DNA of 63,867 nt, filler included, from Octopus bimaculoides (Eukaryota): NCBI RefSeq assembly GCF_001194135.2. It is 5 parts of 3 records of this genome, joined end to end, with 100 filler letters (N's around TTAATTAATTAA, not from the genome) between each part and the next. Parts side by side here need not be neighbours in the genome. Positions count along the whole stretch, not along the records: positions 23,774 to 47,002 come from NC_068981.1; positions 47,103 to 50,974 come from NC_068981.1; 3 more parts are not named here. One strand, written 5' to 3'. The notes below the pieces were generated by a model. That model was not told the origin of the DNA and ran no database searches. It was given only the letters and a program-made list of their open reading frames with translations. Every line of letters starts with the position of its first letter. The stretch's first letter is position 1. The position numbers were made by a program, and so were the translations under genes. Positions 36,871 through 48,972 of the stretch are shown here, one piece after another.

Positions 36871-39061
36871 CTATATATAAATATATATATATATATANNN
36901 NNNNNNNNNNNNNNNNNNNNNNNNNNNNNNNNNNNNNNNNNNNNNNNNNNNNNNNNNNNNNNNNNNNNNNNNNNNNNNNNNNNNNNNNNNNNNNNNNNNN
37001 NNNNNNNNNNNNNNNNNNNNNNNNNNNNNNNNNNNNNNNNNNNNNNNNNNNNNNNNNNNNNNNNNNNNNNNNNNNNNNNNNNNNNNNNNNNNNNNNNNNN
37101 NNNNNNNNNNNNNNNNNNNNNNNNNNNNNNNNNNNNNNNNNNNNNNNNNNNNNNNNNNNNNNNNNNNNNNNNNNNNNNNNNNNNNNNNNNNNNNNNNNNN
37201 NNNNNNNNNNNNNNNNNNNNNNNNNNNNNNNNNNNNNNNNNNNNNNNNNNNNNNNNNNNNNNNNNNNNNNNNNNNNNNNNNNNNNNNNNNNNNNNNNNNN
37301 NNNNNNNNNNNNNNNNNNNNNNNNNNNNNNNNNNNNNNNNNNNNNNNNNNNNNNNNNNNNNNNNNNNNNNNNNNNNNNNNNNNNNNNNNNNNNNNNNNNN
37401 NNNNNNNNNNNNNNNNNNNNNNNNNNNNNNNNNNNNNNNNNNNNNNNNNNNNNNNNNNNNNNNNNNNNNNNNNNNNNNNNNNNNNNNNNNNNNNNNNNNN
37501 NNNNNNNNNNNNNNNNNNNNNNTATATATATATATATATATATATTAGAATGTTTGGAGGTGAAGTACAGGTATTACATATTACAAAAAAAAAATAAGGG
37601 ACTCAGAGATCTGGATGGTTGTAGATTTACAGATCTTTATCAATATGTCACATGTTTTTTATAAATCATATATAAGCGCTTGCATCTCCTCTAATAGATT
37701 CTTCAGATTTCTTCAGATTTCACATATATTCAGTATGTAGTGTATGTGTATTTGTACGCATGTGTTGTTTCTTGAGTTGTACGAGATGAGAATGAAGCGA
37801 ACCGTTAACCACATGCTCAAATCTCTGCCTCGCCATTTCTTTAATAATATTTAATAAAGTTAAGACGCGTATGTATGGCTGATGCCTGCGAAACCATAAG
37901 AAACGTGATTTTATGTTTAACAAAAAGTCTTACTGGATCCTGTTAGAAGACCGTATTGTCTACGGTACCAGATGACTAAAACTGATTGTCATCGCTTTCA
38001 TATGCGAGTAGCTGGCGTCTGTTTGAACCGAGTTGTCTGGATCGTTGTATTTCTTATTGTAAACACACCACGCTGAAATCACCGTTGGGCGGTGAGTAAA
38101 AGCAAACAGCAGGATTTAATGAAAATCTCTGTTGCTATGATATCACTGAAAAATACAATTTTGTCTGCTTTATATATATTTGTCGTTTCTTTAGTTTATT
38201 TTCTCCATGATGCTTTTTCTTCGTTTATTCTCCTCTTCACTCCTCATATACATTATACATACATACGCACACGCATATACACACACATACACACACACAC
38301 GTGTGTGTATGTGTGTACGCGTGTGTGTGTGTGTGTATACGTGTTTTCGTGTACCATTTAACATATTATGTACAGTTCTATATAATGGATTTTGTAATAA
38401 ATTATGGTCTTATCGTAGTGAAACATTAACGTTTTTTTTTCTTTTTTTTTTTTTGCTTTTTGAAAATATACCTGTCATCATTTCTTGTTTACGTAACATC
38501 TCTCTTTCTCTCTCTTTCCCTCTCTCTTTCCCCCCTCTCTCTCTCACACACACTATATATATATATGTATGTATATGTATGACCCTCTCTAAATATAATA
38601 AGAGCTTATTATTTTATTGCTCAATTTTTTTAGGATAATCCAGACTGAGGTCGACAAACCAAGATAAGAGAAAAATTGTGGAATGTCTTGATTAATCAGA
38701 GAGAATTCTAATAAATCATATTTAGATACAAGTTAATGAAAACTGCGACGTTTGTAAATAATCAACTTCTTAAAAAGTCGATAATCATAATTTCATAACT
38801 TCATAAAGTCGATAATTTATAATTTGTCATCAAAATCATTATATTTATAATATATCGTTGCTGAAAATAAAGAAATTATGAAGGTAAACAAAAATGTCTT
38901 TTATTTTTTAGCTGAATAGACGATTTGTAACATGTCTGAACATACAGAGTATATACAAAGTTGTCTCCTGGTGAAACACGGTGTATAGCTATCGAATACA
39001 TGGCTATGATGTGTAGATGTCAACCTTATTCCATGTAACTTTATTATGTTTTAACCGTAAG

Positions 39062-39192
39062 AGAAAGTGCAGTAGTTGTGACCCTTGCCAGCATCTCCGA
39101 TGCTGATGGGGGAAAGAAGACGAGAAACCTGACTACAACAGAGAAGATTCCACTTAAAATACCCAAGGGGGCAAGTGATTCTGTTAAAGCAG
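39062..39192 (+). CDS. Candidate coding exon, unknown protein
   Basis: ttttaaccgtaag| acceptor, open frame ESAVVVTLASISDADGGKKTRNLTTTEKIPLKIPKGASDSVKA and a CAG|GTAGCT donor. The region is GC-richer than its flanks. Confidence 0.2.
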
Positions 39193-39491
39193 GTAGCTAA
39201 TTTAGTGCACCCCCAACAAGAACAGGAATGGTATTCCAACGGGATTTCCGTCGCTATAGAACAAAATATTTTTCCATTGTGCATGGAAATGAAATCGAAC
39301 CCGAACTCACATAGTTGGTAAACTAATTTCTTAACTACACATACATTCTTTTCTTTTCTCATTTATCTGTTACAGTCATTGAAGTGCAGTCGAGCATATC
39401 AACCCGACTACTTTGTTTTTAAGCTTGATTCTCATCGAAATATTCACACTAAATTACGGGAGATAAATAAAGGCACATACAAGCACATGCA

Positions 39492-39527
<36 letters not shown>

Positions 39528-39879
39528 NNNNNNNNNNNNNNNNNNNNNNNNNNNNNNNNNNNNNNNNNNNNNNNNNNNNNNNNNNNNNNNNNNNNNNNNN
39601 NNNNNNNNNNNNNNNNNNNNNNNNNNNNNNNNNNNNNNNNNNNNNNNNNNNNNNNNNNNNNNNNNNNNNNNNNNNNNNNNNNNNNNNNNNNNNNNNNNNN
39701 NNNNNNNNNNNNNNNNCCCTACCTCCCAACACCATAACACCACACCACGCTTCACCATACCACACAACACATCACATCACAACACACCACCACGCACACA
39801 CCAGCACTGACCAATTCCCATCCCCACATTTCCACACCTACATACACACATGCATACCTTAAGATCACCAGCACCCTCT

Positions 39880-40170
39880 TACACACACACAACTTCGTTT
39901 TGGGATCACTACTACTTTGTTATCTCCACTTCTTCTTAACTCTCCTGTGTTACCTTTCTGTCCAGCTGTGTTGCCTTTCTGTCCAGCATTCGCCATGATA
40001 GATCGCTGACCACTACACACATTTTTTTTCTCTCCTTGTTTCTTTCTGTGGAAGATCGTAGGCTCGAAACGTTAAAGACTTTTTCAATTCCCGAGCCTTA
40101 TGCTAATACATCTATTTGTTTTCTACACCACCTGTCTTCGTCTGTTGTTTTTTTGTGAATTCTCCCTATA
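39880..40170 (+). mobile_element. PLE-like pseudo-LTR element containing a variant HHR (40041-40078)
   Basis: TCTTT-CTGTGGA-A-GATC(gtag)GCTC-GAAAC-GTT-AAAGA, with a pyrimidine-rich body ending in (TA)n. Confidence 0.65.
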
Positions 40171-40299
40171 TATTTATATATATATGTACGAACACATGCA
40201 CATACACATATACATATGGATATACCTAAGTACATACATATTAGATTGTTGACCATAAGGTTTAAATAAAAGCACGCTCAATAGGATCTCACTACAACC

Positions 40300-40620
40300 T
40301 CTCCCATCCAGCGTGAAGTAGCTTTCTATCTCTTCTTTTTCATATTATTTGGACAGAGATTCCTCTGCAGACAACCTCAACGGGAAATAACTATTGCCAC
40401 CATCTTTTCTCCCTGTAATTGTACAAAAGGTTCTGCCGTTTGGTGCGTTTCCCTTCAGAGCCTTAATCACACCATTATTTCTATGAGACTATAAGCTCAA
40501 TCAGAATCATCCTCTTTGCCTTTTCACACCACAAAACAACGTCTGGTCTCAAGATAGTCATGACCACCTGAGGATACAGTAGTCGTCACCATCCCACCCC
40601 GGGTCATTTTCATATTCCAT
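40300..40620 (-). mobile_element. HERO/NeSL-like non-LTR retrotransposon RLE domain relic
   Basis: LLYPQVVMTILRPDVVLWCEKAKRMILIELIVS ... FPVEVVCRG matches the 'TxLRPDIVLWS..K.VxLIELTVPWE...PVEVGCRG' PD-(D/E)xK endonuclease. Confidence 0.8.
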
Positions 40621-41299
40621 GATCAGAATTCTAGTAAACTGCTCGCTATTTTTACTGTAGTCAATTACTTTCCTCCTTCTTTCACGAAATTCGTTGATAG
40701 TATTTCTTTTACTGTTGATATTTATTGTGTTTTTCTTCCTACTACATGTCTGAGCAAGTTTCTCCTCGTTTTGCACATGAATAGAAGTGAAAAGAAAAGT
40801 ATCATATGAAGTATTTAAGAAGATTATTTTTACTTATTAAATGGTTTCACAATTTCATGATTCTCAAAAGTAATGTAAGTCGGAAGAACCAGAAACACTA
40901 CATTTGAAAATCATGAAATTGCAAAACATGTTAAGTAAATGTAAATAAATCTTCTTAACGACTTCAAATACATTTTCAACGTCTATTCTTTATACAAATC
41001 CATACATACATACATACATACATACATGCATACATACATATATACATATATACATACACATATATATGCATCTATGTATGTATGTATGTACGTACGTATG
41101 TATGCATGTATGTATGTATGCATGTATGCATATATATGGATATGTATGCATGCATATATATATATATAGTCACCATATTCCATTCCATATCGGCTACCTC
41201 TAATGTGCNNNNNNNNNNACATAATCGGATTGTTACCTAACACTCCATTGAATTCCTGGTGCGAAACTGATAGATAAGATCGACCGTAATGGACATATA

Positions 41300-41639
41300 C
41301 GGGGGTGAGTCAAAAAGTAATGCCATTTTGTTTAGGACAGGTATAATTACCAACATAGGAACATGTATCATGCATCAAAATGAAGCTGGTCCTCTGTGGA
41401 TCACATCCCTACTTCTCAACATAGTCAACGTTTCTCTCAATAGCAATGTTCCATCTTCGAATGAGAGCATATATCCCTACCCTGTAAAATTCTGTTGACT
41501 ATTCTTTGAGACATTTCTTCACTACAGTTTTTACTTCCTCGTCACTGGACTATCATCTCTTCAGCTCCATGAAAGAGGGTTTGAGAGGCAAACATTATTC
41601 CAGTGACGAGGAATGGCATTACTTTTTGACTCACCCTCG
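41300..41639. mobile_element. Internally rearranged mariner remnant with TIRs
   Basis: TIRs cg(g/a)gggtgagtcaaaaagtaatgcca at both ends. The minus strand encodes SSDEEVKTVVKKCLKE*STEFYRVGIYALIRRWNIAIERNVDYVEK*, and plus 41548-41613 encodes DYHLFSSMKEGLRGKHYSSDEE (mariner C-terminus). Confidence 0.9.
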
Positions 41640-41756
41640 CAATACTGTACACTTCGGTTAATATGCCCATTCTATTGACAGATATAGGAGTGTATTTTGT
41701 TTCTGACTTATGAATTTTACACGACTTACATACATATATACACATACACACATATA

Positions 41757-41835
<79 letters not shown>

Positions 41836-41869
41836 AGGAATGGATATCCATACGTAAATATTTATGTAT

Positions 41870-42014
41870 ATACACGATGGACTTCCGCTAAATTTCAGTG
41901 CATCCGAATTTCACAGCCAGCGGCTATAGTAGTCATTTGCCGAAGATGTCACGCTCTGAGAACGAACCCGAAACGGCATGTTTGCGAAGTGAACTCCACA
42001 ACCACACAGCTAAG
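41870..42014 (-). mobile_element. SINE family B head fragment
   Basis: 'gaacccgaaacggcatgtttgcgaagtgaactccacaaccacacagc'. Confidence 0.6.
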
Positions 42015-42279
42015 TATATCTAGCTAAACAGACAGTCTACAGATGTTGCCTGAATCGACACATTTTTGTTAATGTGTATCAATAACGACAGTAGATGTTA
42101 ACAACCTTTCGATATCGATTACCTATAGGTTAAGATTGGTGATTCTTTGCTCTGAAGCTAATATGAAGATAAATGACAGTATCCACTATTTTTATTTATT
42201 TCTAAACTATAGAAATATCTAGCTGAGTTTAATACTGAACTAGTAGAGATCGATAAGTCGTAGATTAATCGCCAGAAAG

Positions 42280-42380
42280 TCGAACAAATACCTAGCGGGG
42301 TTTCTTACATGTCATACTTCTGAGTTCAAATTCCGACGAGGTTAGCTTTGACTTTAATTCTTCTGGGGTCGATAAAATAA
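42280..42380 (+). mobile_element. SINE family D fragment
   Basis: 'ttctgagttcaaattccgacgagg...ggggtcgataaaataa'. Confidence 0.7.
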
Positions 42381-42475
42381 TTTATTAATGAAGAATTGTT
42401 TGACTGGCTGAAGTATTAGAGCTTTATGTTCTGATGAATACTCAAACAAGCATGATTAATTTGTTTGTATTTATC

Positions 42476-42801
42476 TGACAGTGGTTAGAGCGTCGGGCTT
42501 ACAATCATGTGGTTGTGAGTTCGATTTCTGGACTGGGCTGTGTTGTGTTCTGGAGCATGATAATTTATTCTATGTTGTTCCAGTTCACTCAGCCGTAGAA
42601 ATGAGTTACAACTACGTCACTGGTGCCAAGCTGTATAAGCCTTTGCCTTTTTCTTGGTCAACATCGGTAGCATGGAGACGGGAGACTGGTATGCATCGGC
42701 GACTGCTGGTCTTCCATAAACAACCTTGCCCGGACTTGTGCCTCAGAGGGTAACTTTCCAGGTGCAATTCCACAGTCATTCGTGACCAAAAGGGGTCTTT
42801 A
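42476..42801 (+). mobile_element. SINE family A head and body with tail type 3
   Basis: tRNA head 'gtggttagagcgtcgggc...gagttcgatttc', shared body, and tail 'gggagactggtatgcat...ggtgcaattccacagtcattcgtgacc'. Confidence 0.85.
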
Positions 42802-43019
42802 TCTAAGCGACAAGATGACAAGATTGTGTTTATTAGTAAAAATACCTGAAGGAAGGCAACAAGAAATTAATTTGCATTCTCCTATGAAATTTTCATAACA
42901 ACCATATAGCGTCAGTAAAGGATGTCAGCAGAGACCCCTCGTAGACATAATATCGCAAAGTCGATGGAAGGGTCATATTAAATTTGTTAGCATCAATTCT
43001 GCATTACTTTACCGACAAC

Positions 43020-43340
43020 CTGGTCTCTGTGACATCAGAACTGACCTAGGGGGCAGTACAATGACCTGAAATATGTCACTGTTGACCAAGTGAAGTTCAG
43101 TATTGACCTAGGATAGATCTGGAGAACGTTCTTTTTCACCTCGATAGTGACCTGCCTGGCATCATTATTGACGTAGGTGACGTCGTTAGGATCTGAAAAA
43201 CTTCAAGGCTGACCAACTGAAATTCAACCCCGACTCACATTGTAGATCTAGTGACCTAGGTGATGTCATAATGATCTTGAAAAATGTCAAGACTGACCTA
43301 AGTGAGTTCGTACAGATCTGGAGGTTGTTAATAAACATTT
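43020..43340 (+). repeat. Degenerate TGACCT-rich repeat, about 3 diverged units of roughly 100 bp
   Basis: Recurring 'tgacctagg...atga(c/t)ct(t)gaaa...tgacc(t)a(a)gtga(a)gttc...agatct'. Confidence 0.6.
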
Positions 43341-43980
43341 CGACCTGGTTTAAGTCAACACAAGCATAGGCAAAATAATTATTGATCCAGAGGATCCAGA
43401 GGATATCAAAACTGACATAGCTGACATACAGTTACTTATAGATTAATACTGAAAGAAAATACCAACAGTCCGACGGTGTTCTGAGATGAAAACATACCAG
43501 GAGAGTTTTCAGTGTCGGATCTAAGATTAAGGCCTTACAAATAGCAGAAAAGGCGATTGAAACAAGCAAGTAGCTGTTGTTTAGTCCAGGAGAACCTTTA
43601 TTGAGGATAACAATGATCAAAGATATTGAAAGCAAGGTCACCTTGTCCCTTTGTTTATATCAAGGACTATACTGACCAATCTTTCCTTTTGTTTTTAAGT
43701 CAACTGAATATGATTTCAAATAGCTGCTATTCTTAACCAGTTGGGGTACTTAGATGCTTTTTCGTTGGCTGGGAAGCAGTTTGATAACAAACCAGAACCA
43801 GAAACAACAAAAATATTGATTTTATAAATAATTAAAGTCGTGACACGTCACCTGACTCTATCAGAGGACGTATGACTTTTTGACTTCTTGAAGAACAGAC
43901 TGGTTGTCTGGTTGTATGATCTAGTGATTGCTTTGAACTTTTCATGCATGAGATATGTTGATGGTTTTTTGTTGTTGTTG

Positions 43981-44210
43981 CTACTGTTGTTGTTTAGCCC
44001 AAGGTCAAACCTGAATGAGTGATCCTCTCATCAAAGACATTCCATCCATGATCATTGCGTTTATTTCCTATATCAGGGACAGTAATTTCTAGTGTCTCCT
44101 TCTGACTTCCATGACTTGTGAAAGATTTTATTGCTATTTCTAGCAAAGCAGGCAACTGCAAGGACATTAAGGTGAGATGCTGGTAGCAAACTGCAAACAT
44201 ATTCAGCCGA
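43981..44210 (-). mobile_element. SINE-like family E (ends in aacaacaac)
   Basis: The tail 'gaccttgggctaaacaacaac' and 'ttgctagaaatagca' resemble the plus-strand copies at 45385-46300. Confidence 0.55.
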
Positions 44211-44609
44211 ACAGAGATACAGCTTTAATACTGCAATGGAAAAGATAATGGAGTCTTCAAAAATGACTCAATAGCAGTGAAGTAAAGTTTATCTATCAGG
44301 AACAATGCTGCGCAATAATGTAGAATCCGAGGTATGTTAACACTAGTCTAGTGCAGTAAAAAACTATAGCATAGTAACAACACTCTTAGTGTATTAAGAT
44401 AACTATGGAATAGTATGTACGTAGTATAGTAGAACTACAACTGTTCAAATGATAACATTCCTAATACATTTTATTACTTGGAGATTTCTATAAACTTCGT
44501 TTGCACACTAAAATGTGAAACGTTAGATGCTTTATGACGGCCATAGAAGAAGTTTTTGCGTAGTCATCCCACCAACTCAGTGCAGATTAGCACAATCAGT
44601 TTTGCCTTT

Positions 44610-44785
44610 CATTATTAGAATTACGATGTTTCGTCCGACTTTACGTTCTGAGTTCCAATGGTGCCAGGGTCGACTTTGTCTTTACCTTTCCCAGGTCGGT
44701 TAAAGTAGTAACAGTTGAGCACTGGGGTCGACTTACTCCTTCCCGTTAGATTGCTGGCCATGTACCAACATTTGAAATCATTATT
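44610..44785 (+). mobile_element. SINE family D
   Basis: 'tttcgtccgactttacgttctgagttcc...gagcactggggtcgac'. Confidence 0.75.
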
Positions 44786-44884
44786 AGAAGTACAATGTTT
44801 TGCTTTATTGCCTTTTTCTATTTAGTCAGAAGACAATACAATGTTTATGATACCTTTCAGGGTTTTCGATACGAGAGAGAGGGG

Positions 44885-45001
44885 AGTTGGAAGGTAACCT
44901 CAAACCACAGTTGGAAGGTAACCTCAAACCACAGTTGGAAGGTAACTTCAAACCACAGTTGGAAGGTAACCTCAAACCACAGTTGGAAGGTATCCTCAAA
45001 C
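44885..45001 (+). repeat. 24-bp minisatellite (agttggaaggtaacctcaaaccac), about 4.9 copies
   Basis: Direct reading. The unit length is a multiple of 3. Confidence 0.95.
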
Positions 45002-45480
45002 TTGAACGATTACAACAGAGTGAACTCCTTCGTTATAGGCAGTTCAGGACTAGACAGAGATGTTAAAACGAGTGGTGGAGTAAATCTACTAGTTGAGTAC
45101 ATCACAGAGGGTTTTCAACTCAGAATTCAAAGAAAAGGAAGAAGGGGCCACGAGGAATCGCACCCAACGTTCTAACGATTCTGTTAATCAACAGTCCTGA
45201 ACTGGTACTTTATTTTATGAATCCCAAAAGAATTAAAGGTAAAGCTGACTTTGTTAGTATTCGAAACCGGAACACAAGTAACTAGTTAAAGTAATGTAAG
45301 ATATATCGTATGACACTTTAGCAACTCTGTCGTCCTGAAACCCGAGTCTAAAACACTTTAATATAAAAGGGGTTCGAGTCAACAAAGGATCTTCTGTGTG
45401 GTTGCTTGACTTGCCAATAACAGAAGTCAAATATTCCTCAAATCAACGCCTTAGAAAAGAAAAGATATGTTATCTCACTT

Positions 45481-45675
45481 TCTTTTTTACTTGTTCTGCT
45501 ATTAGACTGCGGCCACACTGGGGCCATGAAGAACTTGAGTCGAATAAATCGACACAGCATGTCTCTTTTGGAGTTTGGTATTTATTCTATCGGTCACTTT
45601 TGCCGAACCACTACATGGGCATACACACACCAGCAGGTGATGGGAGACAAACTGACACAAAGATACACATACACA

Positions 45676-45715
<40 letters not shown>

Positions 45716-45728
45716 NNNNNNNNNNACA

Positions 45729-45782
<54 letters not shown>

Positions 45783-45950
45783 TTTGTGTGTGTGTGTGTG
45801 TGTGTGTTTGTGTTTCCGCCTACCAAATCCACTCACAAGGCTTTAGTCAGCCCGAGACAATAGTAAAAGCTACTTACCCAAGGTGCCATGCTGTGAGATT
45901 GAATGCGAAACCATGTGATTGGGAAGCAAACTGCTTACCATACAAACACA
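45481..45950 (-). mobile_element. SINE family B, near full length
   Basis: 'ccgcctaccaaatccactcacaaggctttagtcagcccgag...cccaaggtgccatgc', CA microsatellite and tail. Confidence 0.85.
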
Positions 45951-45974
45951 AATTTTAAAATATTAACAACTGAA

Positions 45975-46300
45975 TAATGGACATGGAGGGCATGGCTGGA
46001 ACGTCATGATGTTAGGTCTCAGGAAGGGTTCATAGAAGTCTGACCTGGATTGGACAACAACAGCAATAACGAAAGGAATGCATTAGAACCTATGAAGGAT
46101 CCGGAATGCGACCGCTTGACCAGTCAGAATTAGCAGTCAAACATTCCTCAAATCAACGCCCAGTATTTCAGTAAAAGATAGATAAATTAGATAATATAAT
46201 TGTAAGAATATGACATCTGAATGAAAGACTGGATGAGCAAGGCTGGAACGTCTATGGTCTTAAATCTCAAGAAGGGATCAAGCATGTCCGACCTGGGTCA
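45975..46300 (+). mobile_element. SINE-like family E fragments (two partial copies)
   Basis: Repeated 'ggctggaacgtc...gacctgg...acaac' and 'attcctcaaatcaacgcc', also seen at 45430. Confidence 0.55.
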
Positions 46301-46311
46301 GACAACTAAGT

Positions 46312-46596
46312 AACTGGCATTCTGTTGGTTATGACGACGAGGGTTCAAGTTGATCCGATCCATGAAACAGCTCTTAACGTAATTTTCGGGGAGATTCAGT
46401 GTGACACAGAATGCGACAAGGTTGACCCTTTGAAATAAAGGTACAATTCATTTTTGCCAGCTGAGTGGACTACAACAACGTAAAATAAAATAAAGTAAAG
46501 TGTTTTGCTCAATGACACAACACGCCATCCAAAAATCGAACCACCGACCGTACGATTGCGAGCCGAATACGCTAACCACTAAACTACGCGCCTTCA
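46312..46596 (-). mobile_element. SINE family A, tail type 1
   Basis: Head 'tgaaggcgcgtagtttagtggttagcgtattcggctcgc' and shared body. Confidence 0.85.
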
Positions 46597-47102
46597 GACA
46601 TCATCAACAACAGCAAGAATGAATTTGTTATACTGGAGACGTTGTACGAGAATGTTTCTATCGGCTGCTTCTTTATTAGGGTTGGAATCATTTCAACAAC
46701 AGCAACAGCAACAGCTACAACAACCAAAATAGCTGTATTAAGAGCAACCGAAACGGTAGTAGTAGCAGCAGCTGGATTCATCTAATTTAAATTCGTGAAT
46801 ATGTATTTCTCGATAGAGAAATTAATACGAAACAGATCTGACTGAATTGCTGATAGATAAGAGTCAATATATATTCCTTAGGCAATAAATAAAACATAAA
46901 TAATAGAGAAATATGTTAATTTATGGCTCATAATTCATAAAGTTCGGGATTCCAGAAAGTAAACAAAAATCTCATTTAAATTATGGATTTGAAATAATAG
47001 TANNNNNNNNNNNNNNNNNNNNNNNNNNNNNNNNNNNNNNNNNNNNTTAATTAATTAANNNNNNNNNNNNNNNNNNNNNNNNNNNNNNNNNNNNNNNNNN
47101 NN

Positions 47103-47134
<32 letters not shown>

Positions 47135-47559
47135 GCATATTCACATTGACATGTAAGCACACACACAGACACATTCATATGTATTTGTATATTAATTCAT
47201 ATATATATATATATATGATTACACATGTATACATATATACAAATACATACATAATACATACATACATGCACACATATTGGTCGCATGCTGGTATATATGC
47301 ATGTACGTATTGATGTGCATGTGTGAACCTGTATGCGTGTGAATGTGTGAGTTCACGGTGCCTTTTTGCATACCTGAATTACGTTCTTTAGAATGCTTCA
47401 GTAGTCAGATGTATAAGTGTATGTACGTATGTATGTATGTATGTATGTATGTATGTATGTATGTATGTATGTATGTATGTATGTATGTATGTTTCTACCT
47501 TCCTATCTATCCATCTATCTATCTACCTACCTACCTACCTACCTACCTACCTACCTACA

Positions 47560-47623
<64 letters not shown>

Positions 47624-47683
47624 CATGTATGTACGTACAAAATAAGTCCATTTATACATATGTTTATGGGAGTATGTGTTTAC

Positions 47684-47722
<39 letters not shown>

Positions 47723-47733
47723 CGTGCGCGCGA

Positions 47734-47774
<41 letters not shown>

Positions 47775-48050
47775 TACACACTAATACACACATATGTGTG
47801 TGTGTCAATAAATATTTTTCGCCCTCCAGTTTAACCATCAACACCACCTCTTCACCGCTATATGCGTGTGTGCATGTATGCATATCTATATATTCGTATA
47901 TATCAAGACGCATGCGTATATATGTATACACACAGATACACATACACACACATATATATATATCGATATATACATACTTATACATATATATTATATATAT
48001 TTATGTAATATATATATATATGTTATACGTTGTGTTATATATATTATATA

Positions 48051-48268
48051 CTCAGCTGTTGAAATGAGTTGCGACATCCCTGGTTCCAGCCTGTATCGAC
48101 CTTTGCCTTTCGCTTCAATGGTGTGGAGATGGGAGACTGGTATGCATGGGAGACTGGTATGCATGGGAGACTGCTGGCCTTCCATAAAACAACATTGCCC
48201 AGACTTGTGCCTCGGAGGGTAACTTTCTAGGTGCAATCCCATGGTCATTCATGACCGAAGTGAGTCTC
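48051..48268 (+). mobile_element. SINE family A tail type 3, with an internal 17-bp tandem duplication
   Basis: Homologous to 42590-42800, with 'tgggagactggtatgca' repeated. Confidence 0.85.
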
Positions 48269-48316
48269 CCATAGTATATATGTGTATATATATATTAGGC
48301 AACAAAAGTACGTACA

Positions 48317-48359
<43 letters not shown>

Positions 48360-48360
48360 T

Positions 48361-48550
48361 CTTTTATTTGTTTTAGTCACTTGACTGCGGCAATGCTGGT
48401 GCACCGCTTTTATTCGAACAAATCGATCTTAGAACGTATTTGCAAGCCTAGTACTTATTTTATCGGTCTCTTTGCCGAAACGCTAGATTACGAGGACGTA
48501 AAAACACCAGCATCCATTGCCAAGCGATGGTGGGTGTACAAACACAAACA
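48361..48550 (-). mobile_element. SINE family B tail
   Basis: 'gtcacttgactgcggcaatgctggtgcaccgc...ttgccgaaacgctag'. Confidence 0.85.
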
Positions 48551-48577
48551 TACAAACCTACACACACACACAAACAA

Positions 48578-48638
<61 letters not shown>

Positions 48639-48737
48639 CATGCATATATATATGTGTATATGTGTATTCAAACATATACATATATGTATACGCAGATAGA
48701 CACGTATACACTTACCCACACACATACATACACACTT

Positions 48738-48789
<52 letters not shown>

Positions 48790-48872
48790 GTATGTATATA
48801 GAGCGAGCGCGTGAGAGAGAGACCACAGGAGAAAGTGAATGATATATGTTTTTATGTATATCTATCTATCTG

Positions 48873-48925
<53 letters not shown>

Positions 48926-48932
48926 TTATCTA

Positions 48933-48972
<40 letters not shown>

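Noticed and set aside
37640-37720. HHR-like CTGAAGA on the minus strand
   Set aside because: No GAAA partner or pairable stems II and III in this copy.
43480-43570. TRRVFSVGSKIKALQIAEK as a pogo/Brinker DNA-binding helix
   Set aside because: Short, flanked by stops, and no TIR or DDE region nearby.
44885-45001. CRISPR-like array (also 26053-26123)
   Set aside because: Head-to-tail repeats without unique spacers, eukaryotic context, and no cas genes.
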